Shown piece by piece: positions 9,901-21,557 of a stretch of DNA of 64,000 nt. Numbering within the stretch: the stretch's first letter is position 1; every line of letters begins with the position of its first letter. Below the pieces are notes generated by a model. It was not told the origin of the DNA. It did no database searches and saw only the letters and a program-made list of their open reading frames with translations. Where the stretch lies: the NCBI GenBank assembly GCA_963847445.1, contig CAWJZV010000017.1, positions 152,397 to 216,396 on the forward strand. The letters are read 5' to 3'. The position numbers and the translations under genes were made by a program. The stretch is from an uncultured delta proteobacterium (GTDB lineage: Bacteria; Desulfobacterota; Binatia; UBA9968).

Positions 9901-10916
9901 ATGAAAATGCTGAATGAGTTGGGACTGTATTACCGATTAGTTGTGATAATGGGCATGCTCGGTGTGACCCATTGGCTGAGGCGCAGGAGCGGTTCCGGGT
10001 TTCTTACGGCGGATTCAATGAAACCGCGACGTCGATGTGGGTCGGCATCGAGCGCGGCATGTTTAAGAAATACGGCATCGACGCGCAGATGGTTCAGGTG
10101 CGTAACGGCGCGCTGAGCATCGCGACTTTGGTCGCGAAAGAAGTCGAAGCAGTTTGGCCGGCGCAGTCGACAATTTTGAGCACCGTATCCGGTGGCATCA
10201 AGCTCACCTGTATCGGCGGACCGGTGAATAAGATCCCGCGCAATCTCATGGTTCGCAAAGAGATCAAGGGCGCAGAAGACTTGCGTGGCAAAACCGTTGG
10301 CGTGCAAAGTATCGGCGGCGGTTTGTGGCTGCAAACGATGATTATCTTGGATCACCTCGGCGTCGATCCGGATAAGTACGGCATCAAAGTGCGTGTCATC
10401 GGCGACGAAGCGACTCTGGCGCAGGCGATGATCACCAATAACATCGACTTCGGCGTCATTACCTACGGTTTGAGCGAGACATTATACCCGCAGGGATTCA
10501 AATCATTGATCGACGCTGCCGATATTTCGGCTCCTTACCAGGGCCCGGAAATTTGTGGGCTGAAAGAATCCGTCGCCAGCCGCAACGAATTTTACTTGCG
10601 CGTCATCAAAGGGTTGGCCGAGGCCGTTGCTTATATCCTCGACGACAATAATAAATCGGATGTCTCCAGAGTGGTGCAGCGAAATCTGCGCCTGAGCCGC
10701 CCCGACGTGATCGAAGGCTCTTACAAAGTGTTGCGCAAGATGACTACCCTCGACCTAGCGCCCAACGTCGCGGCCTTCAAATCTGTTCAGCGCATCGTTG
10801 CGCGCATCAACCCGAAGATTGTCCAGGTCGATCTCGATCAAGTCATCGACGCAAGCTTCGTGCGTCAATTGGAGTCCAGCGGCTTTTTAGCGGAGCTGCG
10901 CAAGAAGATCAAATAA
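9901..10916 (+). CDS. SsuA/THI5-like substrate-binding protein (frameshift near 9975)
   Basis: GMFKKYGID, EDLRGKTVGV; signal peptide in ORF 9901. Confidence 0.85.
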
Positions 10917-10933
10917 CCGGCGAGGTCTTCATC

Positions 10934-11900
10934 TCAGGAAAACAAATCCAAAGTTTCCTTGGCGAACAGTTCGTCGACGGCGAATTTGCGCTTAGTCAGC
11001 CCCTGTTCGTGCGAGTAGAGCGTCGCGGCTTCTAAAGTCGCAGCGTTATGTCTTGACACCGTAGGGAGCGACATCCGCGCCAAGCACCTGGCGGGCGAAT
11101 TCCATATCCAAGTTGACCCATGGGAGCGACGCCAGGCCTTCTTCATAATCCTCGAAGGCGAGTTCCTTGGCGGCTTGAAAGCCTTGGGACAGGCGCACGG
11201 CCAAAGACGGGTCTTGTTCGTAGATCGCCCGGCGCATCACCGTCATGTGCATGATCGGGTATATTTTCGTGCGCTGGTAATAGTCCGCTTCGACAGCGCG
11301 GCAGTCGGGAAATAGCCGCGCCACCAACGGCGAACCCTGGAGAAACGCGCGCGGCGGCGAGGTCACGGCGACCGCGTCGAGCTCGCCCGCTTCGAGCAGG
11401 CCGTCGAGGGTCTGATCCTTGCCGATGTTGTCGATGCGGATACCCGGCGGAATGTCGATGGCGACATGCTCGGCGCGGCGGCGAAACCAGTGAATGTCTT
11501 CGGGCATGACGCCGTATTCATGTTGCAACAGGCCGCGCACGAACAAGAGCGCGGTCATCGAGTAATCGGCGATGCCAACCTTCTTGCCTTTGAGATCGGC
11601 CGGCTTGACGATGCCCGCCTTGGTATTGATCCAGATATAGGAATGGCGAAACACCCGCGATGGAAACACCGGAATGGCGACGAAGCGCCGGTCGTCCTTG
11701 CCCATCGCGATCATGAAATTCGACAGCGACATTTCCGAGGCGTCGAATTCCTCGTCGTGCAACATGCGCAAGAAAATTTGCGATGGCGGCGAGATGTTGA
11801 CGAACTTGAGATCGACGCCGTCGACTTTGACGCGGCCGTTGGCCAGGGCGCGGCAATGATCGTAGTCGCGCATACCGATGGTGATGGTTCTATTTGCCAT
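10934..11900 (-). CDS. 4,5-dihydroxyphthalate decarboxylase-like (PBP2-fold) protein, frameshift near C-terminus
   Basis: DYDH, FDASEMSLS, PVFPSRVFRHS, YPIMH, YSHEQGL. Confidence 0.8.
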
Positions 11901-12011
11901 ATGTCCTCCGCTTCGAGCGTGGCAAATGTAAGTTGAATGGTCTGCGGAAGTCAATCGGGACAGACAGTAGGAGAGGCTCCCACCGGCTCTGTCTCTGGGT
12001 CAATTCTCTGT

Positions 12012-12026
12012 CTGTCCAGTGGACAG
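12012..12026. promoter_or_regulatory. Operator-like palindrome in divergent intergenic region
   Basis: CTGTCCA-G-TGGACAG perfect inverted repeat. Confidence 0.35.
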
Positions 12027-12070
12027 GTTCGGAGCGGATGGGATAATGGAGAGTCGAAAGGAGTTGGCGT

Positions 12071-12511
12071 ATGGACAAACTTAAACTCGATGCCGTCGTA
12101 CACTGGTCGATTCCGGTGAACGACTTGGAGGCGGCGGAGAAGTTCTACGGCGAGATTCTTGGCCTGGAGCATGTCGGCCGGCTGGCGAACACGCCGATGT
12201 CCTGCTTCAAGCTCGGCAATCACAACATTCTTCTGTGCCAGCGCAACGATCCGATCTACCGTACCGTCGAGCAGGACGGCCGGCTGCACCATGCTTTCGA
12301 CGTCAGCCCCGAGATGTTCGACAGGGCTTGCAAGCTTTTTCACCAGCTCGCCATCAAGATTCACGAGCCGGTGGATTATCGGCCCGGTGGGTTTTTCACC
12401 GGCCGGCAACTGTTCGTTCTCGATCCCAGCGGCAATCGCATTGAATTGCGCGACGCCAGTTGGAAGAAGGGCATGCCGACGCCGACGTATGAGGAGATCG
12501 TCGCGTCGTGA
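12071..12511 (+). CDS. VOC/glyoxalase family protein
   Basis: HWSIPVNDL...FYGEILGL, HHAF, DPSGNRIE. Confidence 0.9.
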   Translation: MDKLKLDAVVHWSIPVNDLEAAEKFYGEILGLEHVGRLANTPMSCFKLGNHNILLCQRNDPIYRTVEQDGRLHHAFDVSPEMFDRACKLFHQLAIKIHEPVDYRPGGFFTGRQLFVLDPSGNRIELRDASWKKGMPTPTYEEIVAS

Positions 12512-12600
12512 CGCTGCGCGTCCGCTCACATGGTTCAACACGTTCAAGCCGTTCGAATCGTTCTGGACGAGCCAACGCTTCCCTCGGCAAGGTCGGCATT

Positions 12601-13040
12601 ATGAAGAAGCACCTGGGTTGTCTAGGTCCCATAGTCCTGTTGGCAATTCTAATGGGCATTGGCAGATTTGCATGGCGCGGAGAAGATCCGTGTAAGCGGC
12701 GGCGGTATGACGCCGCTTCACTCCCTCATTTGGGTTGCCAACCACGAAGGGCTGTTCAAGAAATACGGCATGGATGTGGAATACCTGGCGATGAATAGCG
12801 GCACCTTGGGTGTGCAGACGATGCTGTCAAACGACAGCCAGTTTCTCTTTTCCACCGGCGCCCTGGCGGTCACCGCCAACTTACAGGGCGCGGACATCGC
12901 GATGATCACCGGCGGATTCAACTTATTCGCTTTCAAAGTGGTCGGCCGGCCCGAGATCAAGAACGGGCAGGATTTACGCGGGCAAGAAGATTTCCGCATC
13001 AGCCAATTCGGTGCCGCCACCGATTTCGCGGTGCAGGCGA
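12601..13040 (+). pseudogene. N-terminal half of SsuA/THI5-like SBP, truncated
   Basis: GLFKKYGMDVE...ISQFGAATDFAVQAS, then homology stops. Confidence 0.7.
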
Positions 13041-13049
13041 GTCAAGGGT

Positions 13050-14060
13050 GCGGCGGCGACAGCTATTTGACCGGGAAAAAGTCTTGGCGAGCGATAGTGC
13101 CAACGGCCGACCGGTGGTGCTGATGGTCCACGGAAGCGTGTCGCTGTTGACCCAGCCGTTCGATGTCGACCATGAAAGCTACAGCTGGATGAATTATCTG
13201 GCGCGGGTGGGTTTGATGTCTTGGCCATGGATATGACCGGTATGGAAAGTCATCGCGGCCGAAGATGGACGATCCGTGCAATGTCGGGGCGAAGCTTGCA
13301 GACAAACGCAGATGCCGAACACTTTGAAAGAAGCCTGCAAGCCTTCTTACCCGTATCAGTTGGTCAACCGGCAAGAGCGATCACGACGATCACGACCGGG
13401 TGATCAAGTATATTCGCAAGTGCGTGGCGTGGCTAAAGTCAATTTGCTCGGTTGGTCGGGCGGCGGTTATCGCACCGGCACTTACACTAGTGAGCGGCCG
13501 GAGAAAGTCGACAAGCTGGTGATTTTCGCTTCGTCCAATTATGCGCGTAAGAACCCCAGTAAACCCGCGACAGTGACCGACAGCTGGCTTTACGAGTGAC
13601 GGATTCAGAGCCGCGAACTGAGTTGAGAAGCAGCGCTGGTTTCCATCGCCAAGTGTGCGGACCAGATCGAACGGGCATGGCGATCGCATTTGGGAGCTGA
13701 GCAAAGCGCATGACCCGTTAGGCATGACCTGGGGCCGACGTAATTGCGCGCACCGACGCGCACATACTGGGGTTGGAATGCCGAGGAGGCGAAGCGCGTA
13801 ACGTGCCGACCTCGGTCATGCTCGGCGAGTTCGACGATTGAATGCATCGAACCGCGAACTGTACGAAGATCTCGGCACGGAAAATAAAGTCTTCGTCAGC
13901 ATCGCCTGCGGGTCGAATTTTCTCGTCTGGGAAAAGAACCATGGCGCGCTTCATGAGGCATCGCGGCAGTGGTTGATGAACGTGACGTTTAACGGTGCGG
14001 GTCGCGGCGAATTTCGCATGAAGCCGGAGAATAAGGTTAACACCACTTGGGAATTCCCAC
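13050..14060 (+). pseudogene. Alpha/beta hydrolase, 5'-truncated and multiply frameshifted
   Basis: Fragments PVVLMVHG, YSWMNYLA, LLGWSGGG nucleophile elbow, LYEDLGTENKVFV. Confidence 0.7.
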
Positions 14061-15062
14061 ATGAACGCAGATCGCCCGCCTTCCTATTATCCCTACGTCC
14101 CGCTACCCGACCGCGGGCCGCTACGCTTTCCCGATGGCGCGCAGTTGGCGCTGATTATCACGATTAACTTAGAATACTGGGAGCCGTCTCGCCCCGGACA
14201 GAAGGAGCCGCTGTTCACCGGTGGACCGATGACGATTCCCCATGCGCTGCCGGGCGATGTGCTCGATACGGCCAACTGGACTTGGCGCGAGTATGGCCAG
14301 CGCGTCGGCGTCTGGCGCATGATCGAGATGTTCGACAAGACGGCAGTCAAGCCGTCGTGCACGATCAACGGCCTGACCATGACCGAGCGCCGTCGCGTCG
14401 TCGACGCCTGCAACGAGCGCGGCTGGGAACTGGTGCCGCACAACTGGGCGCAGAACGATTTGCTGACTTACTATGCCGACAAACCGGATGAAGAACGCGC
14501 GGTGATTCGGCGCACGCTCGATACTTACGAAAAGGTCGTCGGCCGGCCGGCCCAGGCGTGGCTGTCGTCGGCGATCCGCGGCACGCTGCACACGCCGGCG
14601 TTTTTGAAAGAGTTCGGTTTGCTCGCTTACTGCGATTATTTGAACGACGATCAGCCGTATTTGATTCACACTATTCATGGGCCGATCGTCTGCGTGCCTT
14701 ACTCCAACGACATCAACGACTTTAACCTGTTCGCCCGCGGCGGCATGTCGGCGTCGGCGGGACTAGAGACATTGAAAATTTGCTTCGATCAACTTTACTC
14801 GGAAGGCGCGGCGACCGGGCGCATCATGAACGTCGGCCTGCATCCCCATGTCATGGGCCACGCCCATCGCATCGGCGCGCTGCGCGAGTTCGTCGAATAC
14901 GCCCAGGCGCGTGACAAGGTTTGGTTTCCCAGCCGCGCGGAGATCGCCCGCTGGTATTTGACTGTGCATGAGACGCATATTCCGGATTCGCATTTGGAAG
15001 TAAGTAAAGGTAAGGAGTTAAGGGTTTCGGAACGGAAATCGGGAGAGAAGAATGCAGACTGA
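14061..15062 (+). CDS. Polysaccharide deacetylase family, PuuE/allantoinase-like
   Basis: INLEYW, WREYGQRVGVWR, PYSNDIND, LHPHVMG. Confidence 0.88.
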   Translation: MNADRPPSYYPYVPLPDRGPLRFPDGAQLALIITINLEYWEPSRPGQKEPLFTGGPMTIPHALPGDVLDTANWTWREYGQRVGVWRMIEMFDKTAVKPSCTINGLTMTERRRVVDACNERGWELVPHNWAQNDLLTYYADKPDEERAVIRRTLDTYEKVVGRPAQAWLSSAIRGTLHTPAFLKEFGLLAYCDYLNDDQPYLIHTIHGPIVCVPYSNDINDFNLFARGGMSASAGLETLKICFDQLYSEGAATGRIMNVGLHPHVMGHAHRIGALREFVEYAQARDKVWFPSRAEIARWYLTVHETHIPDSHLEVSKGKELRVSERKSGEKNAD

Positions 15063-15939
15063 GCGTTACGATTACTCGGCGATTGTCAGGCGCAAACCGT
15101 TCAAATGGCCCAACGGCGCGCGGGTCGCGCTCATGGTGGCGCCTAATATTGAGTTCTTCCATGTCGACAAAGTGATTCCCGGCGCCACGAGTTCCGCATT
15201 GCCGGATGTGACCGGCTATGCGCTGCGCGACTATGGCTCGCGCATCGGCGTGTTTCGCATGATGGAGGTGTTGGATAAACATTCGCTGCGCGCCAGCGTG
15301 TTACTCAATGCCGATGTCTGCGCGCACCATCCGGCGATTATCGAGGAAGGCAATCGACGAAATTGGGAATGGCTCGGCCACGGAGTCACCAACAATACTC
15401 GCATGAATCAATATCCCGCCGACGAAGAGCGCGGCGTGATCCGCCAGATTCGCGACACGATTGCGTCGGCCACGGGCAAAGCGCCGCGCGGTTGGCTCGG
15501 TCCCGGTGGCGGCGACGAGAGTCCGCATACGCTCGATCATTTGGCCGCTGAGGGATTCGATTACGTCTGCGATTGGGGTTTTGACGATCAGCCCTGCGCC
15601 ATGCGGGTGCAGTCGGGGCGCATGATCGCGATTCCTTACCAGCAAGGTCTAAACGACATCCGGGTGATTTTTCAGGGCGGCCACACGCCGAAAGACTGGT
15701 TACAAATGGTCTGCGATCAGTTCGATACGCTTTACCTCGAGGGTGTCAGCCAGGCGCGGGTGATGACGATTCCTCTCCATCCGTTCGTCATCGGCTTAGC
15801 GTTTCGTATCAAATATCTCGACAAGGCGCTGGAGTACATCTGTTCCCACGACGGCGTGTGGAAAGCGACCGGAGCGGAGATCGCGGATTACTATTATGCG
15901 AACTTACTACCAGAATCCATGATGCGGAGGCTTCGATGA
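15052..15939 (+). CDS. Polysaccharide deacetylase family, PuuE/allantoinase-like
   Basis: WPNGARVA, RDYGSRIG, GWLGPG, DDQP, LHPFVIG. Confidence 0.88.
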   Translation: MQTERYDYSAIVRRKPFKWPNGARVALMVAPNIEFFHVDKVIPGATSSALPDVTGYALRDYGSRIGVFRMMEVLDKHSLRASVLLNADVCAHHPAIIEEGNRRNWEWLGHGVTNNTRMNQYPADEERGVIRQIRDTIASATGKAPRGWLGPGGGDESPHTLDHLAAEGFDYVCDWGFDDQPCAMRVQSGRMIAIPYQQGLNDIRVIFQGGHTPKDWLQMVCDQFDTLYLEGVSQARVMTIPLHPFVIGLAFRIKYLDKALEYICSHDGVWKATGAEIADYYYANLLPESMMRRLR

Positions 15940-16917
15940 CGTTTATAACCGTGGCCGCGTGGTTGATCGCATTTCTCTTCAATATGTCGGCCAATGCCGC
16001 GGACCGAGTCATCATTGGCAATGTCTCGCGCACGGTCGAGCAACTGCCGAACTATGCCGCCACCGACAGGGGATTTTTTAGCCAGGAAGGCATTCAAGGC
16101 GATGTCGTGTTGATCGGCTCCACCGATACGTTGATCCAGGCGCTCATCGCCGGGCAGGTGAACGTCGCCATCGTCGATCCGTCGGCGGCGATCAACGCGG
16201 TGGAGCGCGGCGCGTCTCTGAAGATCATCGGCGGTACGGTGCCGGTGGCCGCTTACACTCTAGTCACCTGTCCCAAGTACAAAAGCATTAAAGATCTGAA
16301 GGGCACCAACATCGGCGTGGTCAGCTTGGTTTCCGGCAGCACGATTTTTTTGCGTGAGATGTTGAAAGCCGAAGGGCTGGAGCTCAACCGCGACTACACG
16401 ATCATTCAAAACGGCCCCACCGGTCAGCGGCTCGCCAGTCTCAAGACTTGCAGCACTGTCGGCGACGATGTTGCTCGGCGGCGACCTACCGCGCTCGCGC
16501 GAGCTCGGCTTTTTGGAGATCGCAAAACTGTCGGATTATATTCCTAACTTGCAGTTTCACAGCTTGATCGTCGACAGCAAGTGGGCTGAGGCGAATAGTC
16601 CGCTGACGGTACGCTATTTGAAATCGATGGTGCGGGCCATGCAGTGGGCCCACGGCAACCGCGAGCAAGCCGCCGAATTGGTTGCCAAACGCACCGGCAT
16701 TCCGCTCAAGTCGACGCGCGTGACCGTCGACGAATATCTCACGCAGGGGATTATCAGCAAAGACGGATCGGTCAATCGCGAAGGCTTCCAGCGTTTGATC
16801 GACTTGATGGGCGACAGACTGTTCAAGAGCAAGCCCTATCCGGCGCCGGAAAAATATTTGGACTTGAGCTATCTGCGGCGCGCGCAGCAGGAGCTCGGGG
16901 TTACGAGCGGTCGATGA
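15936..16917 (+). CDS. SsuA/THI5-like substrate-binding protein (frameshift near 16460)
   Basis: RGFFSQEGI, DLKGTNIGV; C-terminus in ORF 16468-16917. Confidence 0.85.
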
Positions 16918-16948
16918 ACGAAGTAAATGTTAGGCCGGCGCATCGGTC

Positions 16949-17012
16949 GAGATCCCTCTCTCCGTTCGGGATGACAGGGCTCAAAACTGTCATTTCGAAC
17001 GAAGGGAAATCT
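16949..17012. repeat. GAGATCCCT...GGGATGACA / TGTCATTTCGA...GAAATCT repeat pair
   Basis: Related units at 43409-43435, 45814-45840, 54335-54361. Confidence 0.65.
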
Positions 17013-17097
17013 TTCCGTAATCGGCAAGTGACGCAATCGAGACGTAGCTTCTGAACGGAGTCGTGCGAGTATGCGCGACTCGAAAAGTTGAGGAGTG

Positions 17098-18106
17098 ATG
17101 ATGAACCGACCACTGCTTCGAGTTTTATTATCTATGATGGCGATCGTAGGGTTCGTTACGCTGTCGACAAGTATGCGTCGGCGCAGGACGGCCGCCGGCT
17201 GCGCGCCGGCTATGCTTCGCTCTCGGGTAACATGGCGCCGTACTGGGCGGCGAAGGATTCCGGGCTTTACAAGAAATACGGCCTCGATATCGATCTCGTG
17301 GCGTTTCCCAGCGGCACGGAGGGGATGGCGGCGATGATCGCCGGCGAGATCGAGTTTCTCGCCATCGCCGGCAGCACGACGGCGAGCGCGGCCATCGGCG
17401 GCGCGGATGTCGTATCGCTGGCGATCACCACGGAACGTTTGGTGACGAGCCTGATGACGATTCCGAGCATCCAGCGGGCGGAGGAGCTGAAAGGCAAAGC
17501 GGTGGGCATCAGCCGGTTCGGCACTTCCATCGATACCGCGGCGCGTATGGCGCTGCATCATTACGGTTTGGAAGCGATGAAGGATGTGATGCTGGTGCAA
17601 GTGGGCGCGGTTTCCTCGGGCGTCGCGGCGCTGCGCGGCGGGCGCATTCAAGGGGCGATTTTGTCTTATCCCGATTGATCCAGGCGCGCCGGGAGGGCTT
17701 TCGCGAGCTGCTCGACATCGCGTCGTTAGGAGTTCCCTACGCGTCGACGGGGATCACCGTGCGCAAGAGTTTCATGGCCCAGCGCCGCGATGTCGTGGTC
17801 AATTATGTGAAATCGATTCTCGAGGCGACCGCCCGGATCAAGCGAGACAAAGCATTTACCATCGAAATGATGATGAAGTATTTCCGCACCAAGGACCGCG
17901 AGATGATGGAAGAGACCTACGAGGTTTCCGTGGCTAAATATTTGAAGCGCGTGCCGACGCCGACCGCGGAATCGTTTCGCACGGTGATCGATGAACTGGC
18001 CCTGGTCAACCCCAAGGCCAAGGGTCAAGATCCCAAACGGTTCTACGACGAAAGTATTTTGCAGGAGCTGGACAAGAGCGGCTTTATCAATGCGCTCAAC
18101 CGGTGA
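17098..18106 (+). CDS. SsuA/THI5-like substrate-binding protein (two frameshifts)
   Basis: GLYKKYGLD, ELKGKAVGISRFG; ORFs 17095, 17088 and 17675 join. Confidence 0.85.
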
Positions 18107-18157
18107 ACGCCTGCCTCTCCGACTCTCGTAAGGTTACCGACGAATCAGTTGCGGCGG

Positions 18158-19023
18158 TTAGTTCAACAGCCCACTGCCTTCGCTCGTTACTATTTGGACG
18201 AAATCCGTCTTGGCATTTTTCATGCGGTTCATCTGGCTATCGGCTTCTTGCATGAGTTCGGCGACGGTCCGTGGCGCTTTGGTACAGGCCACGGCACTGA
18301 TATAGAAGTTGAGCGGGTGAGAATATTTGCGCCGTTCGTCCTTGAGCGCGTTGTGCAGTTGTTCGAGCGCCAAATTGGCGCCGGTGGACGCGGTGTTGGG
18401 TAACAGCACCGCGAAGCTGGTCCCCGCTAACCTTCCCACCAAGTCCGGTCGTGCGACATTCTGCCGAATCGTATGGGCAATGGTGCACATCATCTGATCG
18501 CCCGACGGATAGCCAAGCCGCTCGTTGATCAGCTGCATACCGGTGATGTCGATGCAGGCGAGGGTCAGGGGTTCAAGGCCAATGGCGCGATTCATTTCCT
18601 CGGAAGCCAAGTCGGTAAAAGGCGCGGCCGTTGGGCAGCCCGGTGAGAAAATCGCTGTTCGCAAGATTGGTAAGCTCGTCAAGCTTAATTCTGAGATATG
18701 CTTGGGTCAATGCGAAGACCACGAATAGACTGGTGCACATGAGCAGGTTGCCGTAGGCGATCCATGGCGAAGAATATACCCGGCCGCTCAGAGAGTCGGC
18801 GACAAACCAAACCAGTGATCCGAGAATCGCCAAGTAGATTGCCCACCGCCTGGGAGACAAACCAGCTGGCGAGAAATATCGGGATCAAATAGACCAGCAA
18901 GAACTGCATCTCGATGCCGGTGGTCAAATCGAGCACGCCGAGCAAGATGGATACAGCGATGGCGATGACAGCGACCGTGCGCTTGGACCGGCACTCAAAA
19001 AAGTTAGCTAATTGCGAATTCAT
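18158..19023 (-). CDS. Membrane-anchored degenerate GGDEF-domain protein (frameshifted)
   Basis: N-terminal TM helices (LVYLIPI...W); DFLTGLPN; GRLAGTSF in place of GGDEF. Confidence 0.75.
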
Positions 19024-19281
19024 TAAACGACTCCCGCGACTGTGTCTGCTAATCTGGGGAATTGTAATCGACAATCCTCCATGCAGTCAATTGTGTCGTC
19101 GCATCACGTCGAGTTTGGAATCACCAGTTTGCCGATGAGCTGGGCGGGCGCAGATCGGATCTGCCTCGGCGCGGAAGCGGAGAGATACGCCATTTAGTTT
19201 GTCAAAATTCCCTAAAGTTGCTTTAATTCGCGCCGTATGATGGGTACAGGGGCTTACCGTCAGCGTCATGAGGAGGGCCGG

Positions 19282-20313
19282 ATGATCAACGGCATTAACG
19301 GTTGGATGATCGCGTTCGCTGCGGCGTTGCTTATGGTCCCTCAGTTTCATCCGGCCCACGGCCAGGAAGCGTATTACAAAGGCAAAACCATTCGACTGAT
19401 CGTCGGTCTAGCGCCGGGAGGTGGCTTCGATACCTATTCGCGAGTCATCGCACGCCATATGGGCAAGCATATTCCCGGAACTCCGGCGATGGTGGTCGAT
19501 AACATGCCCGGAGCGGCGAGCCTGTTGGCGGCGAATCATGTCTACAAAGTAGCCAAGCCGGATGGACTTACCATCGGCAATTTCGTCGGCGGTCTGGTCT
19601 TTCAACAAATTCTCGGCTTGCCGGGCGTAGCGTTCGATGGCCCCAAGTTCGAATACTTGGGCGTGCCGGCGCAGGATAATTTCATCATCGGCATCGCTAA
19701 GTCCACCGGTATTACGAGCGTTGAACAGTGGAAGGCGTCAGGGACGATACTGAAGATCGGCGGCGTGGCGCCCGGCGGTGGCACCGACGATATTCCAAAG
19801 GTATTGAAGGCGACCTTGGGATTGCCGCTGCAAATGGTGTCGGGCTACAAAGGCACGGGACCGGTGCGGTTGGCATTCAATGCCGGCGAAGTGCATGGCA
19901 TCAGCAATTCTCTGGAATCGTTTCGCTCGACCTGGCGCGCCGAGCTGGAAAAGGGCGAAGTGACCTATCTGATTCAAGCGAATTTGAAGCCTCATCCAGA
20001 GCTCCCCAACGTACCCTGGGCCGCCGATCTGACAAAAAGCGAAGAAGCGCGCAAGATGATCCTCACGACTGCGCGCGTCAACGGCGTGCTCAACCGGTTC
20101 TACGTTTTGCCGCCGGGAACCGCCAAGGATCGCGTGTTGTTACTGCGCAAAGCCTTCATGGAGACGATGAAAGATCCTGAGTTCATTGCCGACGCGCAAA
20201 AGGCCAGGCTCGATCTCGACCCCATCGACGGTGAAGAGATTCAAAAACAGGTGCGCGAGCTGTTCAAAATTGAGCCGGCGTTAGTCGCGAAGTTGAAAGA
20301 GATATTGAAGTAG
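19282..20313 (+). CDS. Tripartite tricarboxylate transporter substrate-binding protein (Bug/TctC family)
   Basis: YYKGKTIRLIVG..PGGGFD, NMPGA, KPDGLT, GYKG. Confidence 0.9.
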   Translation: MINGINGWMIAFAAALLMVPQFHPAHGQEAYYKGKTIRLIVGLAPGGGFDTYSRVIARHMGKHIPGTPAMVVDNMPGAASLLAANHVYKVAKPDGLTIGNFVGGLVFQQILGLPGVAFDGPKFEYLGVPAQDNFIIGIAKSTGITSVEQWKASGTILKIGGVAPGGGTDDIPKVLKATLGLPLQMVSGYKGTGPVRLAFNAGEVHGISNSLESFRSTWRAELEKGEVTYLIQANLKPHPELPNVPWAADLTKSEEARKMILTTARVNGVLNRFYVLPPGTAKDRVLLLRKAFMETMKDPEFIADAQKARLDLDPIDGEEIQKQVRELFKIEPALVAKLKEILK

Positions 20314-20522
20314 TATCGCTCTAGTGCGCGCCCAGTCACGCTGAATATACATTTTCTTTTCGCCGCCGGCATTCTTCGAGTTGAATCGAATCGTATTTCA
20401 CGATCGCCGCGCAGCATAGGCAGATGTTAGAGCGGCGTCAAGACTCAATCGCGCTTGTTGCGCAGGTTAGCTTTTGTTATGAGACGAATGAGTCTAATCT
20501 TTGCTTCACGGGAGTGTGTTGA

Positions 20523-21552
20523 ATGATTTCACTAGATCGAATCCAGATTCTTTTCATCGCCATCGCATCATTGTTGCTGCCGGTGCCGGCAGCTTACACC
20601 GCCACGCCATACTACGAGGGCAAGACCATCCGCATTATCGTCGGCACTGCGCCCGGCGGCGGCTATGACACGTACACGCAGGCTTTTGGCGCGCCATTTT
20701 AGCAAACATATCCCGGGGACCCCGAATGTCATCGTCGATAACATGCCTGGCGCCGGCGGTCTGCTGTCGGCCAACCATATGTATCGCGTCGCTAAAGCCG
20801 ACGGCTTGACCATCGGTCATTTTGTCGGCGGGCAGTTTTTGCAGCAACTCCTCGGCCGGCCCGGTATCGAGTTCGATGCCCGGCGTTTCGAATATATCGG
20901 TGTGCCAGCCCAGGATAATTTCGTTCTTACGGTGGCCAAGACGAGCGGCGTCACCAGCATGGAACAGTGGATGGGCTCAAAGACGCCGATCAAGTTCGGC
21001 GCCATCGCACCGGGAGACGGGACCTACGATACCCCCAAAGTGATCGAAGCGACACTCGGTGTGCCGATTCAAATCGTCAGCGGTTACAAAGGTACTGCGC
21101 CGATTCGTTTGGCTTTCAACAGCGGCGAGGTCGGCGGGTTGAGCAACTCATGGCAGTCTTTGAAATCGACTTGGTCCAAAGAGTTGGAGAGCGGTGAAGC
21201 GGTCGTGCTCGCGCAGTTGTCGACAAAGCCCCATGCCGATCTGCCCAAGGTGCCGCTGGCGATGAGCCTGGCCAAGAATGATGAAGCACGAAAATTGATC
21301 GTTGCCGTGGCGCAGAGCCACGGCGCTGCCGTGCGGCCCTATTTGCTGCCGCCCGAGACGCCGAAAAATCTCGTGGAGATATTACGCAAGAGTTTTATGG
21401 AGGCGATTCGCGATCCGGAGCTGCTCGCCGAGGCAAAAAAAGCCAGATTGGAAATCAATCCCGGTTCTGGTGAAGAATTGGAGCGAAATGTGACAGAGCT
21501 GCTTCGATTGGACGCTCCCCTAGTCACGCGCTTGAAAGATATTCTAAAATAG
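20523..21552 (+). CDS. Bug/TctC family substrate-binding protein (frameshifted), tandem paralogue
   Basis: GKTIRIIVG.APGGGYD, NMPGAGG, GYKGTAP. Confidence 0.88.
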
Positions 21553-21557
21553 CCGCA

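Noticed and set aside
17676-17678. TGA inside an SBP as possible Sec
   Set aside because: Downstream homology continues in a different frame, so it is a frameshift
19090-19140. c-di-GMP-I riboswitch upstream of the GGDEF gene (GGCAAAC on minus strand)
   Set aside because: Lacks the GAAA loop and GACGCAAAG consensus
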